From: Leucoraja erinacea
Lineage: Eukaryota
Reading direction: 5' to 3'
Assembly (NCBI RefSeq): GCF_028641065.1
Contig: NC_073382.1
Span: 14,632,001 to 14,696,000, forward strand
Length of the DNA: 64,000 nt
The notes beneath the pieces were generated by a model that did no database searches, was not told where the DNA came from, and saw nothing but the letters and a program-made list of their open reading frames with translations. Shown here piece after piece: positions 23,659 to 33,673 of this stretch; within the stretch, counting starts at the first letter, position 1, and every line of letters begins with the position of its first letter. A program made the position numbers and the translations under genes.

Positions 23659-24811
23659 ATTAAACTTTACATCACTGAATACTACAGAGTTGCCACAAAA
23701 ACAAATAATTCATTGACATGTTACTCTCTGTGCACTTACATTTGATTCCATTCTTCAAAAACATGATGTAATAGGAGATAGTTAATTGAAGACTTCATTG
23801 TTTTTAATTTGTCAATTTCCCCAACTATAAATAGATATCAACATGTGATTGTTCAATGTAACACTACAGATCAATGAATATACAACTCTGAAGAAAATCT
23901 AAAACTGAAATGGCAATTATCATTTCAGAGATGAATAAATATTCTCAAGAGCTGACAGCATCAACCCTGTTTTCTCTGAATTTGTAAAAACTATTGTCCT
24001 GCACTATGTTCTGTTCTTTTTGCAGTACCTGTTATATTTGTGTACAGTTTAATTGTTGTCATGCTTGGTGTGATTTGCACATTAAAAAGGTTTTCTCTGT
24101 ATCTCAGTACACATGATAATAATAAGCAGATACCAATGCCAGTTGTGAGGCATGACCAAAAACAACACATTTATTTTGGAAAATAATGGAAAAGCACTTT
24201 AAATTAACTCTGGACAGCACTACTTTAGAACCATTAAGTACCAATGAAATGGAGTTGCCAATGTAACACTAGAAACACAGCAGCTAATTGGTCTGCAGCA
24301 AGATCCTATAAGCAGCAAGGTGACACAAACAGATAACCAGTTTTCAGGGATTTAGGTTGAGCATTAACAATTAAGTCCAGGACACCAAGTCAAAATGGTA
24401 CCATCAACATGCAAAGAGCAGAGGATTGCATCTAACAGCCAGCACGCTCCACCAGCATCACACTCTCTCTGCCATACCCCCCTCCTGCAGTGCGATATTC
24501 CCACAACATTGCCTGGGTCCATTTAGTCCACCATGTTATTGCCCCTGCGTAGCTCCACTTTCCTCTCCCAATCCACAGAGTGCCACACTCCCTCTGTGCT
24601 GATTATCTGCATTAACAATGTTATGCCTGCATGGCCACACTCCATCAAGACCAAAGAGCTTAGAGCTTGTCCACTCCGACCCCCTCCCCTTTCCCCAAAA
24701 TGCAATGGGTTTTCCAGGAAGACACTCCTGCACTCCCACGCTATCACACGCAATGCAAAGTTCCAACGCCATTGTCACCCCGTGCAACCGCCTGATAGTA
24801 CCATGATCGCT

Positions 24812-25070
24812 AGATAGATAAAAATGCTGGAGAAACTCAGCGGGTGAGGCAGCATCTATGGAGCGAAGGAAATAGGTGGCGTTTCGGGTTGTGACCCTTC
24901 TTCAGGCTGATGTGAGGGTGGGAAGAAGGGAGGCGGAGACAGTGGGCTGTGAGAGAGCTCGACCCAAAACGTCACCTATTCCTTCGCTCCATAGATGCTG
25001 CCTCACCCGCTGAGTTTCTCCAGCATTTTTATCTACCTTCGATTTTTCCAGCATCTGCAGTTTCTTCTTA
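24812..25070. mobile_element. Penelope-derived inverted-repeat insertion
   Basis: Same architecture as the 23455 and 32701 copies, with a longer spacer. The arms share variants (gataaaaatg/catttttatc; gaggcagc/gctgcctc). Confidence 0.75.
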
Positions 25071-25349
25071 CGTACCATCCCTCCTCGCTACCCATCCTGC
25101 AGGGGTCACCCAATACCCCACCAGCAGGGAACACCCCCTCCCCCCTCCCCCTGAAATGCTGTGGAGGGGAGGGATTGAAGGGTTTCGGCCCGAAACGTTG
25201 CCTACTTCCTTCGCTCCATAGATGCAGCATTTGTGTGTACCACCGAGGGATTCCTCATCTCCTGCAGTGCCAACCTCACTGCTTGGCTCTCTCTATAGTG
25301 CCACACTCCTGCCTCGCTGACCCTTCTGAAATGCTGTTCCCACCCTAAC

Positions 25350-25515
25350 CCTCTTGCAATGTCCACTCCTTCCCCTACCCCCTTCTGCAATGTCACACTC
25401 CCTCCCCTACCCTACTGCAATGTCACACTCCTTCCCCTACCCCCTTCTGCAATGTCACACTCCCTCCCCTACCCTACTGCAATGTCCACTCCTTCCCCTA
25501 CCCCCTTCTGCAATG
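25350..25515. repeat. C-rich minisatellite, ~30-33 bp units (ctgcaatgtcacactccctcccctaccc...)
   Basis: Five to six tandem copies are directly visible. Confidence 0.9.
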
Positions 25516-25860
25516 CCGAGCGCCCTCCAGTAACTCTGTGCAATCCCAAACTCCTTCCACTACCCATTCTCTCCCCTCTCCTGCACTGTAAGCCTGGCTG
25601 CACACTCAGCTAAGTGCCGGCATGAGCAAGGATAATGAACTGAATTGTGAGGACGGAGGGCAATCTTGGTAGTGGTCACTGTTCACTGGGCATTGACGAG
25701 AAGGTCATGGCCCTGGCTTGTCCACCCCTGCCCCAGTTGGCACCGCGTGTCTGTCCCGCTAAGGAGCCACAGACACCGGCTTATTTCCTCTGCATCACCG
25801 TTCGCCTGGGGTTTAAATGCTAACGGCAACACGTCCGCGCCACGTTGTCCGGCCGCTCAC

Positions 25861-25920
25861 CTTCAGCGCCAAGATCGCGCGCCGATAGGCGGCGTTGGCC
25901 CTGGCCCTGAGCGCCGCCAT
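25861..25920 (-). CDS. PCCA: PCCA coding exon 1 (MAALRARANAAYRRAILALK; mitochondrial targeting peptide)
   Basis: gcaATGG start in good Kozak context inside a CpG island. The peptide is Arg/Ala/Leu-rich with no acidic residues. Donor AAG|gtgagc, phase 0, joins exons 2 and 3 in frame. Confidence 0.9.
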
Positions 25921-26030
25921 TGCTGCCGTCTGACGTCACACCGCGGGGTGAGGGGCGGCCGCGAGCCAATCAGCCCACGCCGCGTGACGTCCCTGCCCGG
26001 CCCAGGCCGCGGCCCCGCCCACCCGCTGCA
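25921..26030 (-). promoter_or_regulatory. PCCA CpG-island promoter with CRE, CCAAT and GC boxes
   Basis: Perfect TGACGTCA 25931-25938, CCAAT 25966-25970, second CRE-like gtgacgtc at about 25984-25991, GC box ggccccgccc 26011-26020. CpG-rich from about 25740 to 26030. Confidence 0.75.
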
Positions 26031-26484
26031 GGTTGCAATCACATTTGGGGCTGTCAAAGGTAGACACAAATGCTGGAGAAACTCAGCGGGTGCAGCAGCA
26101 TCTATAGAGCGATGCTCCATAGGGGATTAAGGGGTTGGACAGGCTAGGTGCAGGAAGATTGTTCCCGATGTTGGGGAAGTCCAGAACAAGGGGGTCACAG
26201 TTTAAGGATAAAGGGGAAATCCTTTAGGACCGAGATGATTACAAAATTATTACAAAAATTATTACAAAAAGTGTAACTACATGAAAAAGTGGGAGTGTAC
26301 ATGAAGATGTGTGTGGCATTAACTGAGAACATGAGAACGTGGATGAATCTGTGAGTATTAGAAAGTGTAACAGAGAGATATATGAAAGGGGAGACGTAAG
26401 AGATTGGATATGCTTGAATTGGAGCAACTCAGGTCAAGCAGCATCTGAGGGGTGAAAGGAATTAACAATGTTTCAGTCTGAAGT

Positions 26485-27184
26485 GGTTGTCATGGTACAC
26501 CAGTCATTGAAAGTAGGCATGCAGGTGCAGCAGGAAGTGAAGAAAGTGAATGGTATGTTACCATTCATGGCAAAAATGATTTGAGTATAGGAGCAGGGAA
26601 GTTCTACTGCAGTTGTACAGGGTCTTGGTGAGGCCACACCTGGAGTATTGCGTACAGTTTTGGTCCCCTAATCTGAGGAAAGACATTCTTGCCATAGAGG
26701 GAGTACAGAGAAAGTTCACCAGACTGATTCCTGGGATGTCAGGACTTTCATATGAAGAAAGACTGGATACACTCGGTTTGTACTCGCTAGAATTTAGATG
26801 ATTGAGGGGGGATCTTATAGAATTACAAAATTCTTAAAGGGTTGGACAGGCTAGATGTAGGAAGATTGTTCCCGATGTTGGGGAAGTCAAGGGGTCACAG
26901 TTTAAGGATAAGGGAGAGATCTTTTAAGACCGAGATGAGAAAAACATTTTTCACACAATGAGTGGGGAATCTCTGGAATTCTCTGCCACAGAAGGTAGTT
27001 GAGGCCAGTTCATTGGCTATATTTAAGAGGGAGTTAGATGTGGCCCTTGTGGCTAAAGGGGTCAGGGGGTATGGAGAGAAGGCAGGTACAGGAGTTGGAT
27101 GATCAGCCATGATCATATTGAATGACGGTGCAGGCTCGAAGGGCCGAATGGCCTACTCCTGCATCTATTTGCTATGTTTCTATG
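26485..27184 (+). mobile_element. CR1 3' fragment
   Basis: ORF 'LVRPHLEYCVQFWSPNLRKDILAIEGVQRKFTRLIPGM' plus the CR1 3' UTR and tail. Confidence 0.9.
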
Positions 27185-27289
27185 AAGGAAATAGGCTGTC
27201 AATACAGGTCGTGCAGAGATCTGCATTGCCAGAGCACCTCTCACATCCTCAGCAAGACGGACCGCGCTTCACACCCAACAAAATATTTT

Positions 27290-28095
27290 AACTCAGTCTG
27301 AAGTCTCAGGGCCACGACCTGAAAAACGTCACCCATTCCTTCTCTCCAGAGATGCTGCCTGACCCATTAAGTTACTCCAGCATTTTGTGTCTACCTTCGG
27401 TATATTACCAGCATCTGCAGTTCCCTCCTATTCATTCCTTCTCTCCGGAGATGCTGCCTGTCCCGCTAAATGATTCCAAATATATGTTGTGTCTAACGTT
27501 GGTGTAAACCAGCATCTGCAGTTCCTTCCTAGGCAAAATAGTTTAAAGAGTCCTCAGGGTTATATTGTAGAAGGCTATGTTTGTACATAAAGTGCTGGAA
27601 TAACTCAGGAGAATCCAACTTAGATGGATGAAACGTTGCCTATTTCCTTCGCTCCATAGATGCTGCTGCACCCGCTGAGTTTCTCCAGCATTTTTGTGTA
27701 CCTTCGATTTTCCAGCATCTGCAGTTCCTTCATAAACACGAAGAAACTACAGATGCTGGTTTGTACCGAAGGTAGACGCAAAATGCTAAACCCAGCTTTT
27801 CAGACAGCGTCTCCTGAGGAATATGAACAGATGATGTTTCGGGCTGCGACCTTTCTTAGCCTGATCATTCTGAAGAAGAATCCAAATCCGAAATGTCACC
27901 TATCCTTTTTCTCCAGAGATGCTGCCTGACCCGCTGAGATACTCCAGCACTTTGTGTATATCTTCAGTTTCAACCAGCATCTGCAGTTCCTTCCTCCACT
28001 TATCCATGTTCTCCAGAGATGCCACCTAGCCCGCTGTGTATACTCCAGCACTTTGTGACCATTTGGGTAAACCAGCATCTGCAGTTCCTTATTTC
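27290..28095 (+). mobile_element. Cluster of tandem and inverted Penelope terminal-repeat fragments
   Basis: At least five copies of 'gatgctgcc...cgctgag...ctccagca...ccagcatctgcagttcct'. Confidence 0.75.
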
Positions 28096-28701
28096 TACTT
28101 CTATGTCTGTACATGTTAAGCAAAAAATTGCAGATGGTGAAAGCAACAAATAAAAGCAGAAAAAGCTGGAAATGTTATGCAGCATATGTGGAGAGATAAA
28201 TAAAATAATTTGATCATTATAAGTCATCAAAACAGAGTGCTTGTTTTTAAAAAGATTTTTGTTTTATGAATTCTATGTGAACTAAATTTGGAATAACAGC
28301 TGTAAATGGCATATGAATGCAGTGCACAGTTAATTGCTAAGAAGATCGGAAGAAAACCAAGAAAATCAAGAAGATTGAAGGGACGAAATCTTTGATGAAA
28401 TTTGATGCAACATTATCCAAAGGGATGTGTTTTGTGAATGAGGCTCAGCCTAAACCATTGACCATTAAATTTAAGTTTAGAGGGATATAGGCCAAACGTG
28501 AGCAAATGGGACTAGCTTAGATGGATCATGTTGGTCAGCATGGACAAGTTGGGACCAAGGACCTGTTTATGTGCTGTATAATTCTATTACTTATAAACAG
28601 GTCCTTGGTTGTAAATGGTTGTAAATGTTAACTGATTCCCTCTCCATGGATGCTGCCTGACTTGCTGAGTATTTCCAGCATTTTCCAGTTTTACTGTATT
28701 A

Positions 28702-29321
28702 CTAGACCAAGTGAGACCTGTTGGATCCCACGTCCCCCAATGGCCAATGGGAGGCCTTGTCCCCCAACGCAACCTATTCCCCAACGCAATATTCCACCAC
28801 TCACCCATAGCCCCCACGGGAGGCCTGGTCCCCCAACGGAATCCATTCCCCAATGCAATATTCCAACACTCACCTATAGCCGACAACTGCACAGGGGCTG
28901 CTTATTTTGCCTTGTGCATCCTCCCTCATTTTTAAACTTTAAAAAATTGCAATTGCACTTGCTCGCTAGCAGAACTCAGTGTACTGTGACTTTAAAAAAT
29001 GGATTTGCACTTGCTAGCTAGCAGAACTCGGTGTACTTGGATAGCAATCATGTTGTGAGCAGGACTACAATCCCATTGTGACATGCACAGCTGTATCACA
29101 GGGAATTAGCAGTTATTTTTTTCCAAGTTTCTTCAGATATTGGAACATTTTGATTAATAACTCAAGAAATAATGCATTCATTTTTCAGATAAGGTATTTT
29201 TTGAGATTGGGATACATTTCTACAGGAATATGTAAACATTTTACCCGTTAGAGCATTGGTTTTTTGGGCAGTATGATTATACACCCACACACATCCAAGA
29301 TCAGAGTTTTATGTATATAGA
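28702..29321 (-). mobile_element. Non-autonomous Helitron-like element
   Basis: On the minus strand it starts a|TC and ends CTAG|t, with a degenerate subterminal hairpin (tgggatccaacaggtctca) and no TSD. Shares 'gaatattgcgttgg' with the 13.3-kb copy. Confidence 0.75.
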
Positions 29322-30496
29322 TTGATTGTATTATTTGACAACAACAAAATCACAAGGTCATAGCTGCCATTTATTTATCTGTTTATCTCTTAAATGGAAA
29401 CACTGAAACAGGATTAGCTTGGTCAAATGTTCAATAAGACTGTGGTTGATCTGCTGGTTGTTCTTAACTCAAATTTCCTGCTCAGTCCCAATTATTCTTA
29501 AAACCATAGATATGAACAACACAGAAATTGGCCCTTAGGCCCACCAACCACCCCAATGACTATCTATACTTATCCTATTTGCCTGCATTATGCAAAATTC
29601 CATCTCCTCCCTTTCTCTCCAATCTCTCCTTGTAACTACATCCCTCAATTCCATGCAATATCCTGGTGAATCTCTTCGGCATTACCTCAGATCACTCATG
29701 CCGACCTTCTGGAGCAGCCTATCACACAGGATCTTGTCAAAAGCCTTACCAAACTCCATAAAGTTCACTACACCTCTGCCCTGACCTCATCAATCTCTTT
29801 GGTTACATCTTTAAAAAAAACTCAATTAGATTTGTGAGACGCAATATCTTGGGCACAAAACTGTGTTACCTCCTCCAAATCTGTCCCTCAGATTATTCTC
29901 TAACAACTGCCAGCTCAGCCTTAATCATTAATCTTAATCAACACTTAATGACCAAACATCCAATTAAATTGACCGAGGGGGTCAGTATTGGCACCAGGAA
30001 AGGCAACCTACTCTTCGCTGAAAGACTGTTTTCAAGAGTCAGGAGTCAAGAGAGTTTATTGTCATGTGTCCCAGATAGGACAATGAAATTCTTGCTTGCT
30101 GCAGCACAACAGAATATTGTAGGCATAAATACAGATCAGATCAGTGTGTCCATATACCATAGAATATATATATACACATAAATAAATAGATAAAGTGCAA
30201 TAGGCTGTTATAGTACAGAGTTTGTTTGAAATGTTTAATAGTCTGATGGCTGTGGGGAACAAGCTGTTCCTGAACCTGGATGTTGCAGGTTTCAGGCTCA
30301 TGTACCTTCTACCTGAACATAGATACATAGAAAATAGGTGCAGGAGTGGGCCATTCGGCCCTTCGAGCCTGCACCGCCATTCAATATGATCATGGCTGAT
30401 CATCCAGCTCAGTACCCCGTACCTGCCTTCTCTCCATACCCCCTGATCCCTTTAGCCACAAGGGCCACATCTAACTCCCTCTTAAATATAGCCAAT

Positions 30497-33400
30497 TCTT
30501 CTTCGAGTCCGTTGCAATCTCAGATGTCGTTCTGCCAGTATCTGAGGCAGGTCACAGCTGGTCGGGTCGGTTCAGCCAGGTCCTGGGGGCTGCACTGGGG
30601 GGCGTTGTCACACTACAGTAGGTGGGACATTGTCTATACTGCTCCACAGCTGCATGTGTCTTCTGCCTGGTAGTTCCATGCTTTCATAAGTGCTTTGCAC
30701 CTCCCCTGCTCCACTCGTAATCTGTTGAGGGTCTTCCAGGTTGGCCATGGGAGGTCGTGCCCGCTGGCGAGGCATTCAGTCGGAGTGATTCCTCTCTCCA
30801 CCCAGTCGTGGGCTCGTGTGTTGAGCTGGTTCCATTCATCTTTCCAGATGTTGGTCCTTGCTGTTTCTTTGGTTGTCTGGAGAAGTGGGACTGTCTGCAA
30901 GAAACTGGCTCTAGATTTCAGTCGGGGTGGAGGTGCTGTGTGTCCGTGCAGGGGGTGACTGGTATCGATCTCCTGTGCTCTCCGCTCGTCTTGGGCGATG
31001 ATGGATCGTCTGATATGGGGGGGGGGGGGGGGGGGGCAATACCAGCTAGGGCGTAGAGGCACGGGACTGGCGTTGTCTTTATGCATCCCGTGATAATGCG
31101 GCAGGTGTCGTTGAGGGCTGTGTCAACCAGTTTGGTGTGGTGGGAGCGGCTCCAGCTTGAGCACGCGTATTCAGCTGTGGAGAAGCACAGGGCTAGGGCA
31201 GTTGCACGGATGGTTGGTGGATCAGCGCCCCACTTTGAGTTTACCAGTTTGCGCAGGATGTTGTTGCGAGTGTTGACCTTGGCTTTGGTGTTCTGAAGTT
31301 GGGTTTTGAAAGAGAGTGTCCTGTCGAGTGTGACTCCGAGGTACACGGGGTGGAGGTGGTTGGAGAGTTTGTGGCCATCCTATGAGACGCTCAGTTGTTT
31401 TCCTGCATCTCGATTTTTAAGATGGAAGCTGCATAGTTGGGTTTTTGATGGGTTGGGTTTCAGGTGGTTGTTATTGTAGTAGGTTGTCATCTCTTGGAGG
31501 GCGGGCGCTTTCCAGGACAGACTTGATCTTCTGGAAGTTCTCCTGTTGGGTGGTGATGCAGAGGTCATCAGCATAGATGAAGCGGCGGCATTGTGGGGGA
31601 AGTGGTTGGTCGTTGGTGAAGATGTTGAAGAGGAGGGGGGCCAGTACGCTGCCTTGTGGTAGGCCATTCTTTTGGGCTTTCCATTTGCTCTTCTTGCCGT
31701 TTAGTTGAACGAAGAAGTGCCTGTTGTTGAGAAGGCTTTTGATGACTTGGCACAGGTCGAGGTCACCAGTCATGTCAAAAAGTTTCCTGATCATGGTGCG
31801 GTGCTGGACAGTGTCGTAGGCAGCGGTGAGATCTATGAAAGCTGCTCCATTGATGAGTTTGCACTCAAAACCGTCCTCAATGTATTGGGTGAGGTTCAGT
31901 AGCTGCCCGGCACATGAGCGGCCAGGGCGGAAGCCAGTTTGATCTTTAGTAAGCTTGGAGTCTATAAGTGGCATAAGGCGTTGGAGTAGCCTCTCGTAGA
32001 GCTTGTAGGTGATGCAGAGGAGGGAAATAGGTCTGTAGCTCTTTGGGGATGATGGGTCCTTTCCAGGTTTGGGAATTGCGACAGTCTTGGCCTTTCTCCA
32101 TACAGGTGGGGTTGTTTTCTGTGCCATGCATGAGTTCAGCATTGCTAGGAACCAGGTCTTTGCTTTATGTCCAAGGTGCTGTATCATTTCCGTCAGTACA
32201 TCATCGATTCCTGCTGCTTTCCCAGGTTTCAGCATGCTCATTGCAGCTTCGAGTTCTTCTAGGTCGAAGGGCTTGGTGAGGGCGCTGGCTGGTTGTAGGC
32301 GGTCTGTTACCGCTGTCCGGCGGTATTCTCCTGTGGGTCTGCGCCGATTTTGGCTACGACCGTTTGCCACCAGCTGTGCTGCAACTGAGTTTGCTGTGAC
32401 TGTTGTGAGCGTGGGCGGTGTGGTATGGTCTTCACCGAGGCGGTGGATTGTGGCCCATGCCTTCCTGCTGTTATTGGTCATGTTGGTGTTTTCTATCAAC
32501 TCCTTCCAGACTTGCCTTCGGTCCTCCCCGACTGTGTTCAACAGGATCTCTCCGAGTTCCATGGTGGTGGAGGAGAAAGGGTCCTCGTGATATGCCCTGT
32601 GGTAGGCTTTCAGTAGATCGCTGGATGTTTCCGACAGCCCGGGGATGTACTCGGTCTGGCATCCTCTTGGTATATGTCGCCTGGCTGACCTTTTCAGCAG
32701 GTACACAAAATTACTGGAGAAACTCAGCGGGTGCAGCAGCATCTATGGAGCGAAGAAGGGCGACATTTCGCCGAAACCCTTCAGTCTGAAGAAGGGTTTC
32801 GGCCCGAAACGTCGCCTATTTTCTTCGCTCCATAGATGCTGCTGCACCCGCTGAGTTTCTCCAGTAATTTTGTGTACCTTCGATCTTCCAGCATCTGCAG
32901 TTCCTTCTTGACCTTTTCAGCAGTTCTGTGAACATGGTATAGTTGTTGGGGTGTGATGGAATACTGGGGATGGAGTCTTCGATCTCCTGTTGGAATGACA
33001 GCCAGTCGGCCTTCCGCAGATTGAACCTTCTGCGGAAGGGGACGGTTGTTGCTTGGAGAGCGGATCGGATGGTTATGGTGATTGGCCGGTGTTGCGTATG
33101 GGGGATAGGGTCCAGGACCTCTTTCACAGCTCTGGATGATAGTCCGCTGCTCACACAAACAAGGTCTGGGTTATGTCCTCGTTTCCATCTGGCATGTGGA
33201 AAGATTTTGACAGTTTGGCGTCATGGATCAGGGTCCAGGGGTTTCGACTCGAGCCAGGTTTCGACTTCATCTCCATCTTGATTGTTCACTTCATAGCCCC
33301 ACAATGAGCTATGGGCATTGAATGCCCCAATGCTAATGTGGTATTTCCTCTTGCATCTGTCTGGCAGTTCAGAGTGGAGGAACGGACTTTGGGGGGGTTT

Positions 33401-33673
33401 ATACACTGATGTGACAGAGATGTTTGGGAGGGCAACTGTGGTGGTTTCCATTTGCCCTTCGGTGGTGTGGGTGCAGACCTCTTCGATCTCGAGGTTTGGT
33501 CTGCTGAATACAGCTGACCCATACTGTCTGTGTCGGATCTCGGCCACCAGCTTCATTCCAGGGATGGCTGGTCGGTGTTGTGTAGGGCCGGTGTGGGTTT
33601 CCTGCATGCACACTATATCGAAGCATTTGGCCGCTGTCGCTAGTATGTCTGCCTTGCATCTGGATAAGCCTTC
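30497..33673 (-). mobile_element. Vingi/Ingi-like non-LTR retrotransposon (APE endonuclease + RT + C-terminal Cys/His motif), nearly full length, frameshifted
   Basis: APE 'EGLS...CMQETH...IGAFNAHS..WGY'; RT 'YRPISLL', 'GLPQGSVLAPLLFNIF', 'YADD'; 'YLGVTLDRTLSF', 'WGA...ALALCFSTAEY' and 'CSCG'. (GAA)n tail; 12-bp TSD aatatagccaat (30485-30496) / aatataaccaat (33674-33685). Clade assignment is from remembered motifs. Confidence 0.8.
32701..32908. mobile_element. Penelope-derived hairpin insertion with complete minimal hammerhead motif (32786-32813, +)
   Basis: Perfect 15-bp TSD tgaccttttcagcag (32686-32700 / 32909-32923); inverted arms; CTGAAGA-A-GGG-tttcgg-CCC-GAAA-C-GTC. Confidence 0.85.

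Noticed and set aside
25666-26130. 154-aa plus-strand ORF over the CpG island (bidirectional gene?)
   Set aside because: Non-ATG start, GC-rich stop avoidance, and it ends in a Penelope repeat. No recognisable protein.
30510-30522. 11-nt match 'gagattgcaac' between the Vingi 3' end and the ribozyme P2 of the 138-bp SINE
   Set aside because: Too short, and at opposite ends of the two elements; the rest of the HDV fold is absent here. Treated as coincidence.
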